64,000 nucleotides of DNA from a virus. Taxonomy: Duplodnaviria > Heunggongvirae > Uroviricota > Caudoviricetes. Position 1 is the first letter of the stretch. The number at the start of each line of letters is the position of its first letter. Both the position numbers and the translations under genes were made by a program. Positions 36,777 through 46,072 of this stretch are shown in pieces. The stretch is from positions 1 to 64,000 of the IMG/VR virus record IMGVR_UViG_3300032320_002688, one strand, 5' to 3'. The notes below the pieces were generated by a model. The model made no database searches, had not been told where the DNA came from, and saw nothing but the letters and a program-made list of their open reading frames with translations.

Positions 36777-36792
36777 GGTTAGCGCCCTAAGG
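36777..36792 (-). promoter_or_regulatory. GC-rich motif GGTTAGCGCCCTAAGG upstream of hsp20
   Basis: about 45 nt upstream of the hsp20 ATG, which also has a strong AGGAGG ribosome-binding site. Confidence 0.35.
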
Positions 36793-36807
36793 TCATCTAT
36801 AAATATA

Positions 36808-37530
36808 TTAATTGTTATTTCTCGCAACAAAGTATGTAACAGAAATTGGATCTTCTTCAAAAGTAATTTTAGATAATCCCTGATTGCTAACATATACTGT
36901 TCCTTTGCCTTCTTTATTTGCTGAAAATATTTCTTTAAATATATTGGCAGGAAATGGTATTGGATCAGTACTCATAATAAATTCACCTGTTTCTTTGAAT
37001 TTAATTTTATTAGCATGTTGTTCAGCAGCACCCATCACTATTTCAACTTCTTTACTTTCAGGTGTTAGATGTGCTTGCATTGTGAACCTAGGGTTCTTAT
37101 CAAGTGCAGCATACGATTTAATAAACTTAGTTATAAATTCATTATTAATATCAAATTCAAAATCATAGTTAATTGGTTCCTCAATAGTTGCTACTGAAGG
37201 GATAATTGATGAATCGCTTAAATGATATGATAAATCATATTGATTATCAGCTATATTTAATTTTATAGGTGTTAATTGTTTACTTTCAACTTTTAACTCA
37301 ATAAAATCATTAGTAATAGATAATAAACTAAGTAATTGCGATGTATTAAATATACATAACTCACTATCATCAATATCAATATTATTACAAGTAATTTTTG
37401 TAATAGCGTTTTTTGTTGTTAATACAGCATTGATATTTAATTCTTTATCCTTGATATTCCATTTAACTGATTCGCACAATCCATTTAGATAGTACTTATC
37501 GATAACGCTTTGTAGTATTTCTTTATTCAT
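36808..37530 (-). CDS. hypothetical protein, possible sliding clamp (gp45-like)
   Basis: 240 aa, size and position between clamp-loader and polymerase modules; PIPFP segment; no reliable alignment. Confidence 0.3.
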   Translation of the reverse strand: MNKEILQSVIDKYYLNGLCESVKWNIKDKELNINAVLTTKNAITKITCNNIDIDDSELCIFNTSQLLSLLSITNDFIELKVESKQLTPIKLNIADNQYDLSYHLSDSSIIPSVATIEEPINYDFEFDINNEFITKFIKSYAALDKNPRFTMQAHLTPESKEVEIVMGAAEQHANKIKFKETGEFIMSTDPIPFPANIFKEIFSANKEGKGTVYVSNQGLSKITFEEDPISVTYFVARNNN

Positions 37531-37531
37531 A

Positions 37532-37870
37532 TTATTTCCAGAGTATTTGAATTAAAACTATTAAACTTCCTAAACCTAAACAAACAAGTGTTTTTAATGT
37601 GAATGGTTCTTTAAATAACCAATGCGACATAAGGCTAAACACTACTACCCCAATTCCAAACCCAATTAAACGTGAAGGCCATATTTGTCCATCGTAGGCA
37701 GCCACAAAATGTTTTACTGATATCATAAACAAGTACGAGATTGGTAAACCCAATAACACAACGAACCATGTATTGTTTTTTAATATACTATACTTCATTT
37801 GTCCTTGCAATTGCAAAAACGTTATCACTTGGGCAATTAGCCCGTAAATAAACCCTTTTAATAAATTCAT
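37532..37870 (-). CDS. membrane protein
   Basis: 112 aa, 3-4 predicted TM helices. Confidence 0.45.
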   Translation of the reverse strand: MNLLKGFIYGLIAQVITFLQLQGQMKYSILKNNTWFVVLLGLPISYLFMISVKHFVAAYDGQIWPSRLIGFGIGVVVFSLMSHWLFKEPFTLKTLVCLGLGSLIVLIQILWK

Positions 37871-37890
37871 AGTGTGAATATACGACCGCT

Positions 37891-40497
37891 TTAGCTAATA
37901 ACAAAAAATTTGTTGGCATACTCGTTAAGAGATGGAAAAGACCATTTTAAATCATCATACACGCCCTGCAGTTTATTCAGGAACGTTGAGTCGAATGTTT
38001 TTTCTTTATCAACATACTTCTCGATGAACTCCATTATTTCTGGTGGGTCATCAACTCCATAGAATCCTATACAATCAAGTCGATATGGATTATCTTTTAA
38101 ATACACATAGTATATTTTTTCAAATTCCTTAATTGTTGGATATTTTTTATCTAATTTTTTAAATCGTAATAAATCGTTGTAGTAAATAGCTGCTTTAGTA
38201 TTAATCGGAGCTTTAGATTTTAAGTCACTAAATATCTTAGATGCTGTAGGTCCACGCTCAATATATTCTCTAATTTTCTTAACTCCAGTTGGTTTAGCAA
38301 TTTCAACTATTTCTCGACCAGCAATACTTTTCTTGAATGATGATATTAGTAAATCAATTTCTTTCTTTTGTTTACCGAACATGATTTGTTGAATTAAGTT
38401 CTCACCAAATTTTCTAAATAATGGAGGGAAATTTGATTTCATCAAATCTAATCCTTTGATATCTAATTCTTCGGTTGTGACACCCTCTTTATTAATAATG
38501 TATTGGGCATAACGTCTTTTACCTGCAAAATAACCTCTTTCAAGTATCACCTCTTGTTTTAATTCAAAATAATGATCATCCTGAATATTAAATAAATCAC
38601 GAACGTGTTTATTAAGATATTTGTTAATTTGTTTTTGGTAATCACTTGCTACTTCTAATATTTTAGCAATGCGAGCATCTCTATCATTAACATCTAAATC
38701 AGGCCATCTGTATCTTACAACATCACCTACTCTAATAAACATTGAATCGGTATCACTTGTAATTACATAATCAACATCTTCAGTTCCAATTTCAGTATTA
38801 ATCATTCGATTCATTTCTAAGATTGATTCTTTGATTAATCGTTGTCCTGTTAATGTAATGGCGTTTGAAATGACTTTATATCCGTCTGTATATCTCCATC
38901 CGTTTTGGGCAAAACACCCGTAAACGTCATTTAACTTAATTTTAAACGCATGTTGTCGTTTATTATAAAACTCACCTAATACAGGATCCTTCTTTACTTT
39001 ATAAGCATCCTTCATCATGTTTTTATATTCAACACGTTTATCAAACCAATCTGATAATACATCACAAACAACACTTCGTTTATCACTCCTAAACAACCCA
39101 CCACTAGCGGCAATTGTAAGTTTATTTTTTTCAATCATTTCGATTAACTTACTTGCTGTAATTTGAGTTACTTGACGTTTAGGATTTTCAATAGTTACTT
39201 TCTCACTTGGTCTAAGTGCTTTTAAATCCATTAACGTCCAATTACTATCATATTTATCTCTTATTTTAACATTACCAACTAATGTTTCTACTCCCATATT
39301 CAATGAACGAATAATAGATGGGTATAGTGAGGTAAAGTCAAGATCAATTACATCGCTATATAAGCCAGGAATAGGATCTTTTAAATAACCACCAGCATAT
39401 TCATCCCCAATTGTTAAACGCAATTCTGGGTTCATTGTTGTTGGTTTGTTATTAGAAACAATACCCTGACGTTTTAGGTAAGTCAAGATAGCTCCTTCAT
39501 TTAACATTGTCGACCAGTAGATATTCTCATACGGCACGTGACACAAATGACAAATGTTGAGTGTTAATTCTATAAATTGGAGTTTTTTATCTAACTCAAT
39601 TAGAATTTCAACGTCACGAATGTTATAATCGATGAATTTAGCTTTATCTTCCTTAAATAATTTATCTAAACTAACTTCATACTTAATTTTACCTAAATTA
39701 ACATATTTTTCTCCAATATCACCTAATTTATAAGATGGTTCTTGTTTAGTAATATATTTTTTAAATAAATTAAAGTAGTCTAAGTGATTAATACCGGCAA
39801 TGTCAACATAGTCTTTACTCATTTTTTGAGATTCAACTGTAGTAACAGCTCCGTATTGATTTAAATTACCTATAATTCCTAATGGGGATAATCGTTTTGC
39901 TGTGTTGTGATCAAACACTTTCAGCATTCTAAAATATAAATAAGGAATATCAAAAAATTCACTATTCCATCCTACAACAATTGTAGGTTCAAGTTCTTCC
40001 CATTTGTCTAAGAATTTTAACAACAATTCTTTTTCAGTATAGCACGCAATAATGCTTCTACCATTTTCTTCAAACGATTCCATAGATTTAGATTCGTCAA
40101 GAATATAACAAATTGTTTGTTGAGTGGATTTGTCATATAGAGCAATTGAAGTAATTTTAGTTGGAGAATTTTTAATATTCTCAGGAGTTAATGCACCACC
40201 AATTTCACACTCAATATCTAAAAATACTATATTATGCCATTTAGGTGGCTCGTCTTCATGTAAATAACTTTCTATTAATACACGAGTCTCATTAGGAATA
40301 TCTACTTCATAGTTTTCCTTAGAGTATTTGTAAGTAGGAGATACTTTTTTACCATCTAAAGTAACAAACTCACCATTTGGGTTTGGTTGGTAGTAAGTGG
40401 GTCTATAATCAAATGAAACCCAACCCTCGTTATCATCTTTAAGGTGGACAGTTTTAGCATAGTTCTCCCCTTGCTGGATGTAAATGGCTTGATACAT
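37891..40497 (-). CDS. family-B DNA polymerase with 3'-5' exonuclease
   Basis: Exo I FLDIECE; motif A DLDFTSLYPSII; motif C ITSDTDSMF; KxxxNSxYG-type motif B region. Confidence 0.9.
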   Translation of the reverse strand: MYQAIYIQQGENYAKTVHLKDDNEGWVSFDYRPTYYQPNPNGEFVTLDGKKVSPTYKYSKENYEVDIPNETRVLIESYLHEDEPPKWHNIVFLDIECEIGGALTPENIKNSPTKITSIALYDKSTQQTICYILDESKSMESFEENGRSIIACYTEKELLLKFLDKWEELEPTIVVGWNSEFFDIPYLYFRMLKVFDHNTAKRLSPLGIIGNLNQYGAVTTVESQKMSKDYVDIAGINHLDYFNLFKKYITKQEPSYKLGDIGEKYVNLGKIKYEVSLDKLFKEDKAKFIDYNIRDVEILIELDKKLQFIELTLNICHLCHVPYENIYWSTMLNEGAILTYLKRQGIVSNNKPTTMNPELRLTIGDEYAGGYLKDPIPGLYSDVIDLDFTSLYPSIIRSLNMGVETLVGNVKIRDKYDSNWTLMDLKALRPSEKVTIENPKRQVTQITASKLIEMIEKNKLTIAASGGLFRSDKRSVVCDVLSDWFDKRVEYKNMMKDAYKVKKDPVLGEFYNKRQHAFKIKLNDVYGCFAQNGWRYTDGYKVISNAITLTGQRLIKESILEMNRMINTEIGTEDVDYVITSDTDSMFIRVGDVVRYRWPDLDVNDRDARIAKILEVASDYQKQINKYLNKHVRDLFNIQDDHYFELKQEVILERGYFAGKRRYAQYIINKEGVTTEELDIKGLDLMKSNFPPLFRKFGENLIQQIMFGKQKKEIDLLISSFKKSIAGREIVEIAKPTGVKKIREYIERGPTASKIFSDLKSKAPINTKAAIYYNDLLRFKKLDKKYPTIKEFEKIYYVYLKDNPYRLDCIGFYGVDDPPEIMEFIEKYVDKEKTFDSTFLNKLQGVYDDLKWSFPSLNEYANKFFVIS

Positions 40498-40500
40498 AAC

Positions 40501-41514
40501 TTATATTTCTTGTGTTTCGATTAATTGTTTAGCTTTCTCGTAAGATACATTGTATACTTTTTTTCTACGTGTACCTGTTACGATTTCTAATTCTTGGCAC
40601 AAGATAATAAATGTTTTTATTTCTCCCAAGGTTATACCTATCTTATTTGTTTTAGCCAATGCGGTTAATTTAGTAACGGCTAATATAGGATCTTGTTCTT
40701 TTTTACGTCCGTTCTGATAGAATAATTTTAGTAAACGAACATTAGTTTCCATTTGTTTATATTTGGGAGTCGATAGTAAATTCTTCATTTCATCGTAAGA
40801 TGTCCAAATATAGTAAGCATTAAATGCTACCCCAATGAGAATAATTAATTCTAAGAAAAATACCATTATAGCAAAAGCTAAACTGTTTTCTTCAACTTTG
40901 GTACTTTGGGATTTTGTCTTAGACTCCACCTTCTGCTCTGCTTCTTTGATTTTAGCATCCTTCGCCACCTGTAAGACGTTAACAATCGAATCACGGTAGA
41001 TTTTTTCGGATCTGGTTCTAGCAGATTGATTTCTATAATATAAAATTTCCTTATCATAGTATTTTCCTATTGAATCTGCTTTGTTGGATAGTGTTGAGTC
41101 TGATTTGTTAACAATAATTTCTGATGTATCAATCAATCTATGAGCACCATTAAGTGATAAGTAGAATGAGCCTGCTACTAATGTTAAACAAGTAATAGCA
41201 CCTATTATAACGTTAAATGATGCTTTGCGTGTTCGTAAAATAGTGGAAGTAAGTTGCTCAAACGCAAAGCGCTTGAACAACTCATATCCGGTCATAAATA
41301 AAACGATGAAAACAGAAAAGAATAATCCCTGTCCTGTAAAAAGAGCAGGAATACTATTAGTTACATTCTTAATAAAGAAATAACTAAATAAGATCAAAAA
41401 TATATTCCCCAAAAATGAAAAATAATATAATGTTTTGCTTAATGAATTAAAATTACTTTCAAAACTAAAAGTTTCAAGTTCATTTTTTAATTTATAGAAT
41501 TTGTCTAATTTCAT
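40501..41514 (-). CDS. multi-pass membrane protein
   Basis: 337 aa, several hydrophobic helices with a central charged region. Confidence 0.5.
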   Translation of the reverse strand: MKLDKFYKLKNELETFSFESNFNSLSKTLYYFSFLGNIFLILFSYFFIKNVTNSIPALFTGQGLFFSVFIVLFMTGYELFKRFAFEQLTSTILRTRKASFNVIIGAITCLTLVAGSFYLSLNGAHRLIDTSEIIVNKSDSTLSNKADSIGKYYDKEILYYRNQSARTRSEKIYRDSIVNVLQVAKDAKIKEAEQKVESKTKSQSTKVEENSLAFAIMVFFLELIILIGVAFNAYYIWTSYDEMKNLLSTPKYKQMETNVRLLKLFYQNGRKKEQDPILAVTKLTALAKTNKIGITLGEIKTFIILCQELEIVTGTRRKKVYNVSYEKAKQLIETQEI

Positions 41515-41517
41515 AAT

Positions 41518-41886
41518 TTAAATTTTATCTAAAACCTCAAGCGCTTCTATTTTCATAAAATAGTTTAACGATTGAGCAATAGGATGGTCTTCAGTAACAT
41601 ATACTTTTTCTTCTTTATTATATCGTACTAATTCACCATCCACTTGAATAGAAAGATTTCTTTTTATAACAAAAGTAGCGGGTAATGGAACCGGAGAAAT
41701 ATTTTCTCTTTTAGTAAAGGGAACTAATTCATTTAATTTTTCTCTACGTCTATTACATCCACAATCTTCTGCCCCCAACGCTTTAGCTACTCTATCAGCA
41801 ACTACGTCTAATCCAGTGGCATGAGTGAACTTTGCTATAGTATCACCTAATCCTTGAGATTCTTGTTTTGGGTCAAATCCTTCCAT
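41518..41886 (-). CDS. hypothetical protein
   Basis: 122-aa ORF. Confidence 0.45.
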   Translation of the reverse strand: MEGFDPKQESQGLGDTIAKFTHATGLDVVADRVAKALGAEDCGCNRRREKLNELVPFTKRENISPVPLPATFVIKRNLSIQVDGELVRYNKEEKVYVTEDHPIAQSLNYFMKIEALEVLDKI

Positions 41887-41906
41887 TGTTTTGATATAAA
41901 TATATA

Positions 41907-42440
41907 TTATCCTTGTCTTTGTTTGTCATTCTGCCACTGCCCATCATATAATTCAGCAGGATCACATTCATGGAAATATATTTGCGCTACTCTAGCGTCT
42001 TCTTCAATAAAAATAGTTTCTGTTACTAACATAATTGTTCCCATGTTATCTGTTTCAAAACCAGGATCAAATACTGGAGAATTAATTAATGTACCATTTC
42101 TCCACATTGATGAACGTTGCTTAATGAATGCTACACGATTAGCAGGTATTCTACAACCTTCGTTAAAGGTAATATCATAAGTACCTTCATGTAACAACCA
42201 TCCTGTTCTACCATCCAAGTTTAATTTATCAACAGGAGTATAATCAGCTAGTTCTGTTTTTTCTTTTAATACTTTTCCAATTCTACCTGTTTTTTCTAAT
42301 GTTACAGGATCAATTTGAGGATTATATCCTACTTTATTTACTGCTTTAAGGGTAATATCAAAACCAACTTGTGCTGGTTTACCCTTAGCATTATCTAATT
42401 TAAGGAGTCCTTCTCCTAATATTTGTTGTACGTTTAACAT
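41907..42440 (-). CDS. dCTP deaminase/dUTPase-family protein
   Basis: 177 aa; beta-rich dUTPase-like pattern GFDITL...GRTGWLLHEG...IMLV. Confidence 0.5.
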   Translation of the reverse strand: MLNVQQILGEGLLKLDNAKGKPAQVGFDITLKAVNKVGYNPQIDPVTLEKTGRIGKVLKEKTELADYTPVDKLNLDGRTGWLLHEGTYDITFNEGCRIPANRVAFIKQRSSMWRNGTLINSPVFDPGFETDNMGTIMLVTETIFIEEDARVAQIYFHECDPAELYDGQWQNDKQRQG

Positions 42441-42591
42441 AATTTTATTTTATAATTCTTCTAAAATACCTAATATTTCGGCTAATATAAATAAAGCTCC
42501 TGATACAGCCGACTTTCCAAATATAAGAGCAAATCCTGCTCCAAATCTAAGAAAGGACTTAACTAAGCTAATATAAAAGTGCCAATTTGTT

Positions 42592-43005
42592 TTACTTTCT
42601 TTCTCTTGCATAATCTTGTATTGTTTTTGAATCTGCTCTTTCCCATGGATATACTATCCAATCTTTATCTACTACTTCGTAATGGAATGTTGGTTGTACA
42701 GATGCAGTTTCTTTTGTGTGGATTGTTGCTGTTGTGATGACATTATACTTCTGTAATGTTCCCCCAGAATCGCAGATATCATCTACTATTAATACTTTAT
42801 TATTTAAGACCATTCCAGGCCTAAACAATGGAATGTCTAATTTATGAGATAACATTACAGCAGGTATTAATCCTCCTCTAGGCATTCCAAATATATATTG
42901 AATATCTAACCCACTGGATATTACTTGAGATGCTATATTATCTACAGCAGTCTCAATATAATCCCAGGTAATAAATCTTTTGTTCATATTAGAATTTTGT
43001 TCCAT
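42592..43005 (-). CDS. gpt: xanthine-guanine phosphoribosyltransferase-like (type I PRTase)
   Basis: FITWDYIE, PRGGLIPAVMLSHKL, VLIVDDICDSGGTL, WIVYPWE align with E. coli Gpt IVTWDML / SRGGLVPGALLAREL / IDDLVDTGGT / WIEQPWD. Confidence 0.7.
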   Translation of the reverse strand: MEQNSNMNKRFITWDYIETAVDNIASQVISSGLDIQYIFGMPRGGLIPAVMLSHKLDIPLFRPGMVLNNKVLIVDDICDSGGTLQKYNVITTATIHTKETASVQPTFHYEVVDKDWIVYPWERADSKTIQDYARERK

Positions 43006-43621
43006 TTACTTCAATCGCGTGTAAGAATTCTTCTCTAATTAAATTATCTTTTTCCATAAACACACCACTAAATTTGTTTGTAGTCATTGTTGATGGGTGT
43101 TTAATACCTCTATGTGAGCAACATGTGTGCTTACAAGCAATACTAACGGCTACTGATGGGCAATCCATTTTAGTAGATAAGTAATCATGAATTTGTTGTG
43201 TTAATGATTCTTGCATTTGTGGACGGCGACTAAACCATTCTACAATACGATTTAATTTACTTAAACCAATAACGTTTTCACCGGGCACATAAGCTAATGT
43301 AGCAAATCCAGTAAATGCTAAGTTGTGGTGTGCACACATACTAACAATAGGAATACCTGATTGGATAACTAATCCATTATAACCATCATCATTAGGAAAT
43401 ACTGTAATGTTAGGTTCGTCTGTAATACTGCCTACAATTAAATCTTTTAACCATGCTTTAGCTACACGACGAGGTGTATCTTCAGTTTGTCTATCAGCTG
43501 TGTAGTCAAATCCTACAGCATTAAGGAAATCACCATATGCTTTAGCTGCTTTATCAATCATTTTTTCTACCTCTTTAGGTGTACGAGATAGACTACCATT
43601 TGATTTTTTTAATAATTCCAT
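42989..43621 (-). CDS. folE: GTP cyclohydrolase I
   Basis: MCAHHNLAFTG...VIGLSKLNRIVEWFSRRPQMQESLTQQI matches FolE CEHHLVPF...VIGLSKIARIV..AQRPQVQERLT. Confidence 0.9.
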   Translation of the reverse strand: MELLKKSNGSLSRTPKEVEKMIDKAAKAYGDFLNAVGFDYTADRQTEDTPRRVAKAWLKDLIVGSITDEPNITVFPNDDGYNGLVIQSGIPIVSMCAHHNLAFTGFATLAYVPGENVIGLSKLNRIVEWFSRRPQMQESLTQQIHDYLSTKMDCPSVAVSIACKHTCCSHRGIKHPSTMTTNKFSGVFMEKDNLIREEFLHAIEVNGTKF

Positions 43622-43622
43622 A

Positions 43623-43859
43623 TTATACTTTTTCTTGTTTTTCTTTCAATTTACTAACTTCTTTTTCAAGTTCCAAATGTTTTATAGCAATTGTTGAAGC
43701 CATAATTCCTATCTGTTCCCAGATTCTTTGAATTTCCTTGTTTTGATAAATTACTTCATCTTTAGTTTTATCGATTTTGCGTATCAAATATACTTGCATC
43801 AATGATACAAAAATAAAGATACCAAAATATACTTGCTCCAACGTAATAGTGAATTGCAT
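43623..43859 (-). CDS. small membrane protein
   Basis: 78 aa, N-terminal TM helix and coiled-coil tail. Confidence 0.4.
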   Translation of the reverse strand: MQFTITLEQVYFGIFIFVSLMQVYLIRKIDKTKDEVIYQNKEIQRIWEQIGIMASTIAIKHLELEKEVSKLKEKQEKV

Positions 43860-43878
43860 GTTATTTAAATATTATTTT

Positions 43879-43986
43879 AGCTGTCTCGTACAAAAAAGTT
43901 AATGCCCAATACATGATGAATGTAAACAAACCAACTCCGACTACTTTAATAGCTAATTCTAAAAATTTTATTAATTTATTTTCCAT
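43879..43986 (-). CDS. tiny TM ORF (about 35 aa, not in track)
   Basis: MENKLIKFLELAIKVVGVGLFTFIMYWALTFFVRDS read by eye; its start lies in a duplicated 29-bp leader. Confidence 0.2.
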
Positions 43987-43989
43987 ATT

Positions 43990-44176
43990 ATACGTTTAAT
44001 GTTTTATTAATTCTTCATATGATGGTTTACCTTGAGCAATTCTATCACTTTCTTTTATAATAATAGACATAACTTCTTTACGAATATTTTCTATATCACT
44101 TTCTTCTGAGTTAAACTTTGCAACTAGTTCACCTTCTAAATAGCTAGATTTAATTTTTATTTCTAAAGTTTCCATA
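43990..44176 (-). CDS. small acidic ORF (about 58 aa, not in track)
   Basis: METLEIKIKSSYLEGELVAKFNSEESDIEN...; its start lies in the second copy of the 29-bp leader. Confidence 0.25.
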
Positions 44177-45016
44177 CTATACGTTTAAGGTTTTATTCCA
44201 AGCTGCAATATGTAATCTTGTAAGACCACGGAAACGATACTTCTTAGCCATTTCAAGACAGAATCTAGTGCGCTCTTCAAAATTAGAAGCATCATCTAAA
44301 CCTGGCATACAAACAACGTTTTTAAGCGGTATATTAAATGGTTCTACGAAGTCACGGAATAATTCCAATACATCGTCTTCAGTGCTAATAACGAACTTAA
44401 ATTGATAGTTTTTATGTAGTTTAATACGCTCAATCGCTTCTGGATTAATACGTTGTTTTTCTGTCATACCTGAATTAGCTAATTTAGGTGAACAGTTAAT
44501 TTGATCTAACATATTAAATAACTTAACATCTATCACTATTGTACCATTAGTTTCAATTTCATAGAATGGTTTAACATTATTAACGTCAAGATATCTTGAC
44601 ATCCAGTAATTAGTAAAATTAACAATTGCTTCTTGATGACCTTTAATTGTTGGTTCACCACCTGTCCAAATAATATGAACTAAACCATTTTTAATATCTT
44701 CATATACACCCTCTTCTTTCCAACGATTAATTAAATAATCAAAATCTTTATCTTCACCTCTCCACAACCATTGACTAGTACTATCACAAGTCCAGGTTGC
44801 TTTACCTTCTAATTCTAAATCACCTTTGAATATTTCACCATCTTCTAATGATGCTTCTTTCATTAACTGGTTAGTAAATGCTCTACTCATACCGCAGGTT
44901 AGGTTACAAATACCTAAACGAACGAAGTACGATGGGATACCAGATGATATACCTTCGCCTTGAATGCTATAAAAATCACTACTAATAAGTAGTTTATTTG
45001 AATCTATTTTACTCAT
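44177..45016 (-). CDS. queE: 7-carboxy-7-deazaguanine synthase (radical SAM), atypical Cys spacing
   Basis: FSIQGEGISSGIPSYFVRLGICNLTC, HIIWTGGEPT, YEIETNGT align with E. coli QueE; the third cluster Cys appears displaced to WTCDSTSQW (compare CDTKHTW). Confidence 0.75.
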   Translation of the reverse strand: MSKIDSNKLLISSDFYSIQGEGISSGIPSYFVRLGICNLTCGMSRAFTNQLMKEASLEDGEIFKGDLELEGKATWTCDSTSQWLWRGEDKDFDYLINRWKEEGVYEDIKNGLVHIIWTGGEPTIKGHQEAIVNFTNYWMSRYLDVNNVKPFYEIETNGTIVIDVKLFNMLDQINCSPKLANSGMTEKQRINPEAIERIKLHKNYQFKFVISTEDDVLELFRDFVEPFNIPLKNVVCMPGLDDASNFEERTRFCLEMAKKYRFRGLTRLHIAAWNKTLNV

Positions 45017-45875
45017 TTACTTGTGTTGTTTTATGTTCTGATAATACTTTTTCTACGTGTGATTTAGCTACTTCCCAACTTACAGGACCTGTTTCGTCAG
45101 CATATGCTACTGGGTCAGGACGTCCTAATTTGATAAATGCTTCAATACGCTCTACTGATGCTGCTGATTTATAATCACTAAACCATTCTTCGTATTGAAA
45201 ACCTAGGTTATCGTAAATTAATAATTTAATTGGTTTATAAGATGTATTTGTACGCTTATATACCTCATTAAAATCAAGACCTAAGATATCACAAGATCTT
45301 TGCCCGTCCTCTAAGATGTCAAATTTATTAACTTCAAGATATGGAGTATAATGGTATACTAATTCTGAATCCCAGTTACCAATCTTAAAGGCTTCCATGT
45401 CTGCATCTCTAAATTCTTGACGGCAGTCAGGATAAATTGCATGATCACCAGCATGGATACCCATTGCAATAGCAACATCTCTTTTTTCCAATTGACCATC
45501 ACCTAAATCTTTAGTTGCAATTGATAATGCTACTGCTTGAATCAATGATGAAAAAATTTTATTACGATTAGGCACAACTGTTTCTTTCATATTGTCTTGC
45601 TCGTAATGTCCTTCTGGAACATCATTACCCCCAGTTACTAAAGCAGAGTTTAATAATTGAGATAAACCATCTAGTTTGATAATTTGATGTGTTACAGGTT
45701 GATTGTTTTCTTTTAGATATTGTACTAATGATGTAGCACGTTCTAATTCTACTTTGTGTTTTTGACCATAGTCAAAACCTAATGCTGTTACTTCGTAGCC
45801 ATTGGCTAACAGGTGTAACAATAATGAACTTGAATCCATCCCACCTGACAAACTTAAAACTGCTTGTTTTTTCAT
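45009..45875 (-). CDS. queC: 7-cyano-7-deazaguanine synthase-like, no canonical Zn-Cys cluster
   Basis: AVLSLSGGMDSS PP-loop, FDYGQKH, YPDCRQEF align with QueC; C-terminal CxxC...CxxC zinc site not found; protein 288 aa versus about 230. Confidence 0.75.
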   Translation of the reverse strand: MKKQAVLSLSGGMDSSSLLLHLLANGYEVTALGFDYGQKHKVELERATSLVQYLKENNQPVTHQIIKLDGLSQLLNSALVTGGNDVPEGHYEQDNMKETVVPNRNKIFSSLIQAVALSIATKDLGDGQLEKRDVAIAMGIHAGDHAIYPDCRQEFRDADMEAFKIGNWDSELVYHYTPYLEVNKFDILEDGQRSCDILGLDFNEVYKRTNTSYKPIKLLIYDNLGFQYEEWFSDYKSAASVERIEAFIKLGRPDPVAYADETGPVSWEVAKSHVEKVLSEHKTTQVNE

Positions 45876-46066
45876 TTTAATTTAAAATTAGTTAAGACTG
45901 TATTTACTTGTTTATCGCTTACGTCTTGTTCAAGCGAATTACGTTTATTATCACGCTTAATTTTATTTTGTTCTAATAACCATTGATCATATTGATAGTC
46001 ATAGTCTTCTTCCATACCACGACTCTCATTAATTATATCAATGAATATTTCCTTCATTTTGCCCAT
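45872..46066 (-). CDS. hypothetical protein
   Basis: 64-aa ORF inside the deazaguanine cluster. Confidence 0.35.
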   Translation of the reverse strand: MGKMKEIFIDIINESRGMEEDYDYQYDQWLLEQNKIKRDNKRNSLEQDVSDKQVNTVLTNFKLK

Positions 46067-46072
46067 AAAATA

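Noticed and set aside
36295-36792. Canonical CIRCE (HrcA operator TTAGCACTC-N9-GAGTGCTAA) controlling the chaperone genes
   Set aside because: Only TTAGC/GCTAA-like ends are shared. The half-sites are 480 bp apart and on different promoters, so this is not a bona fide CIRCE. It is reported instead as a novel shared motif.
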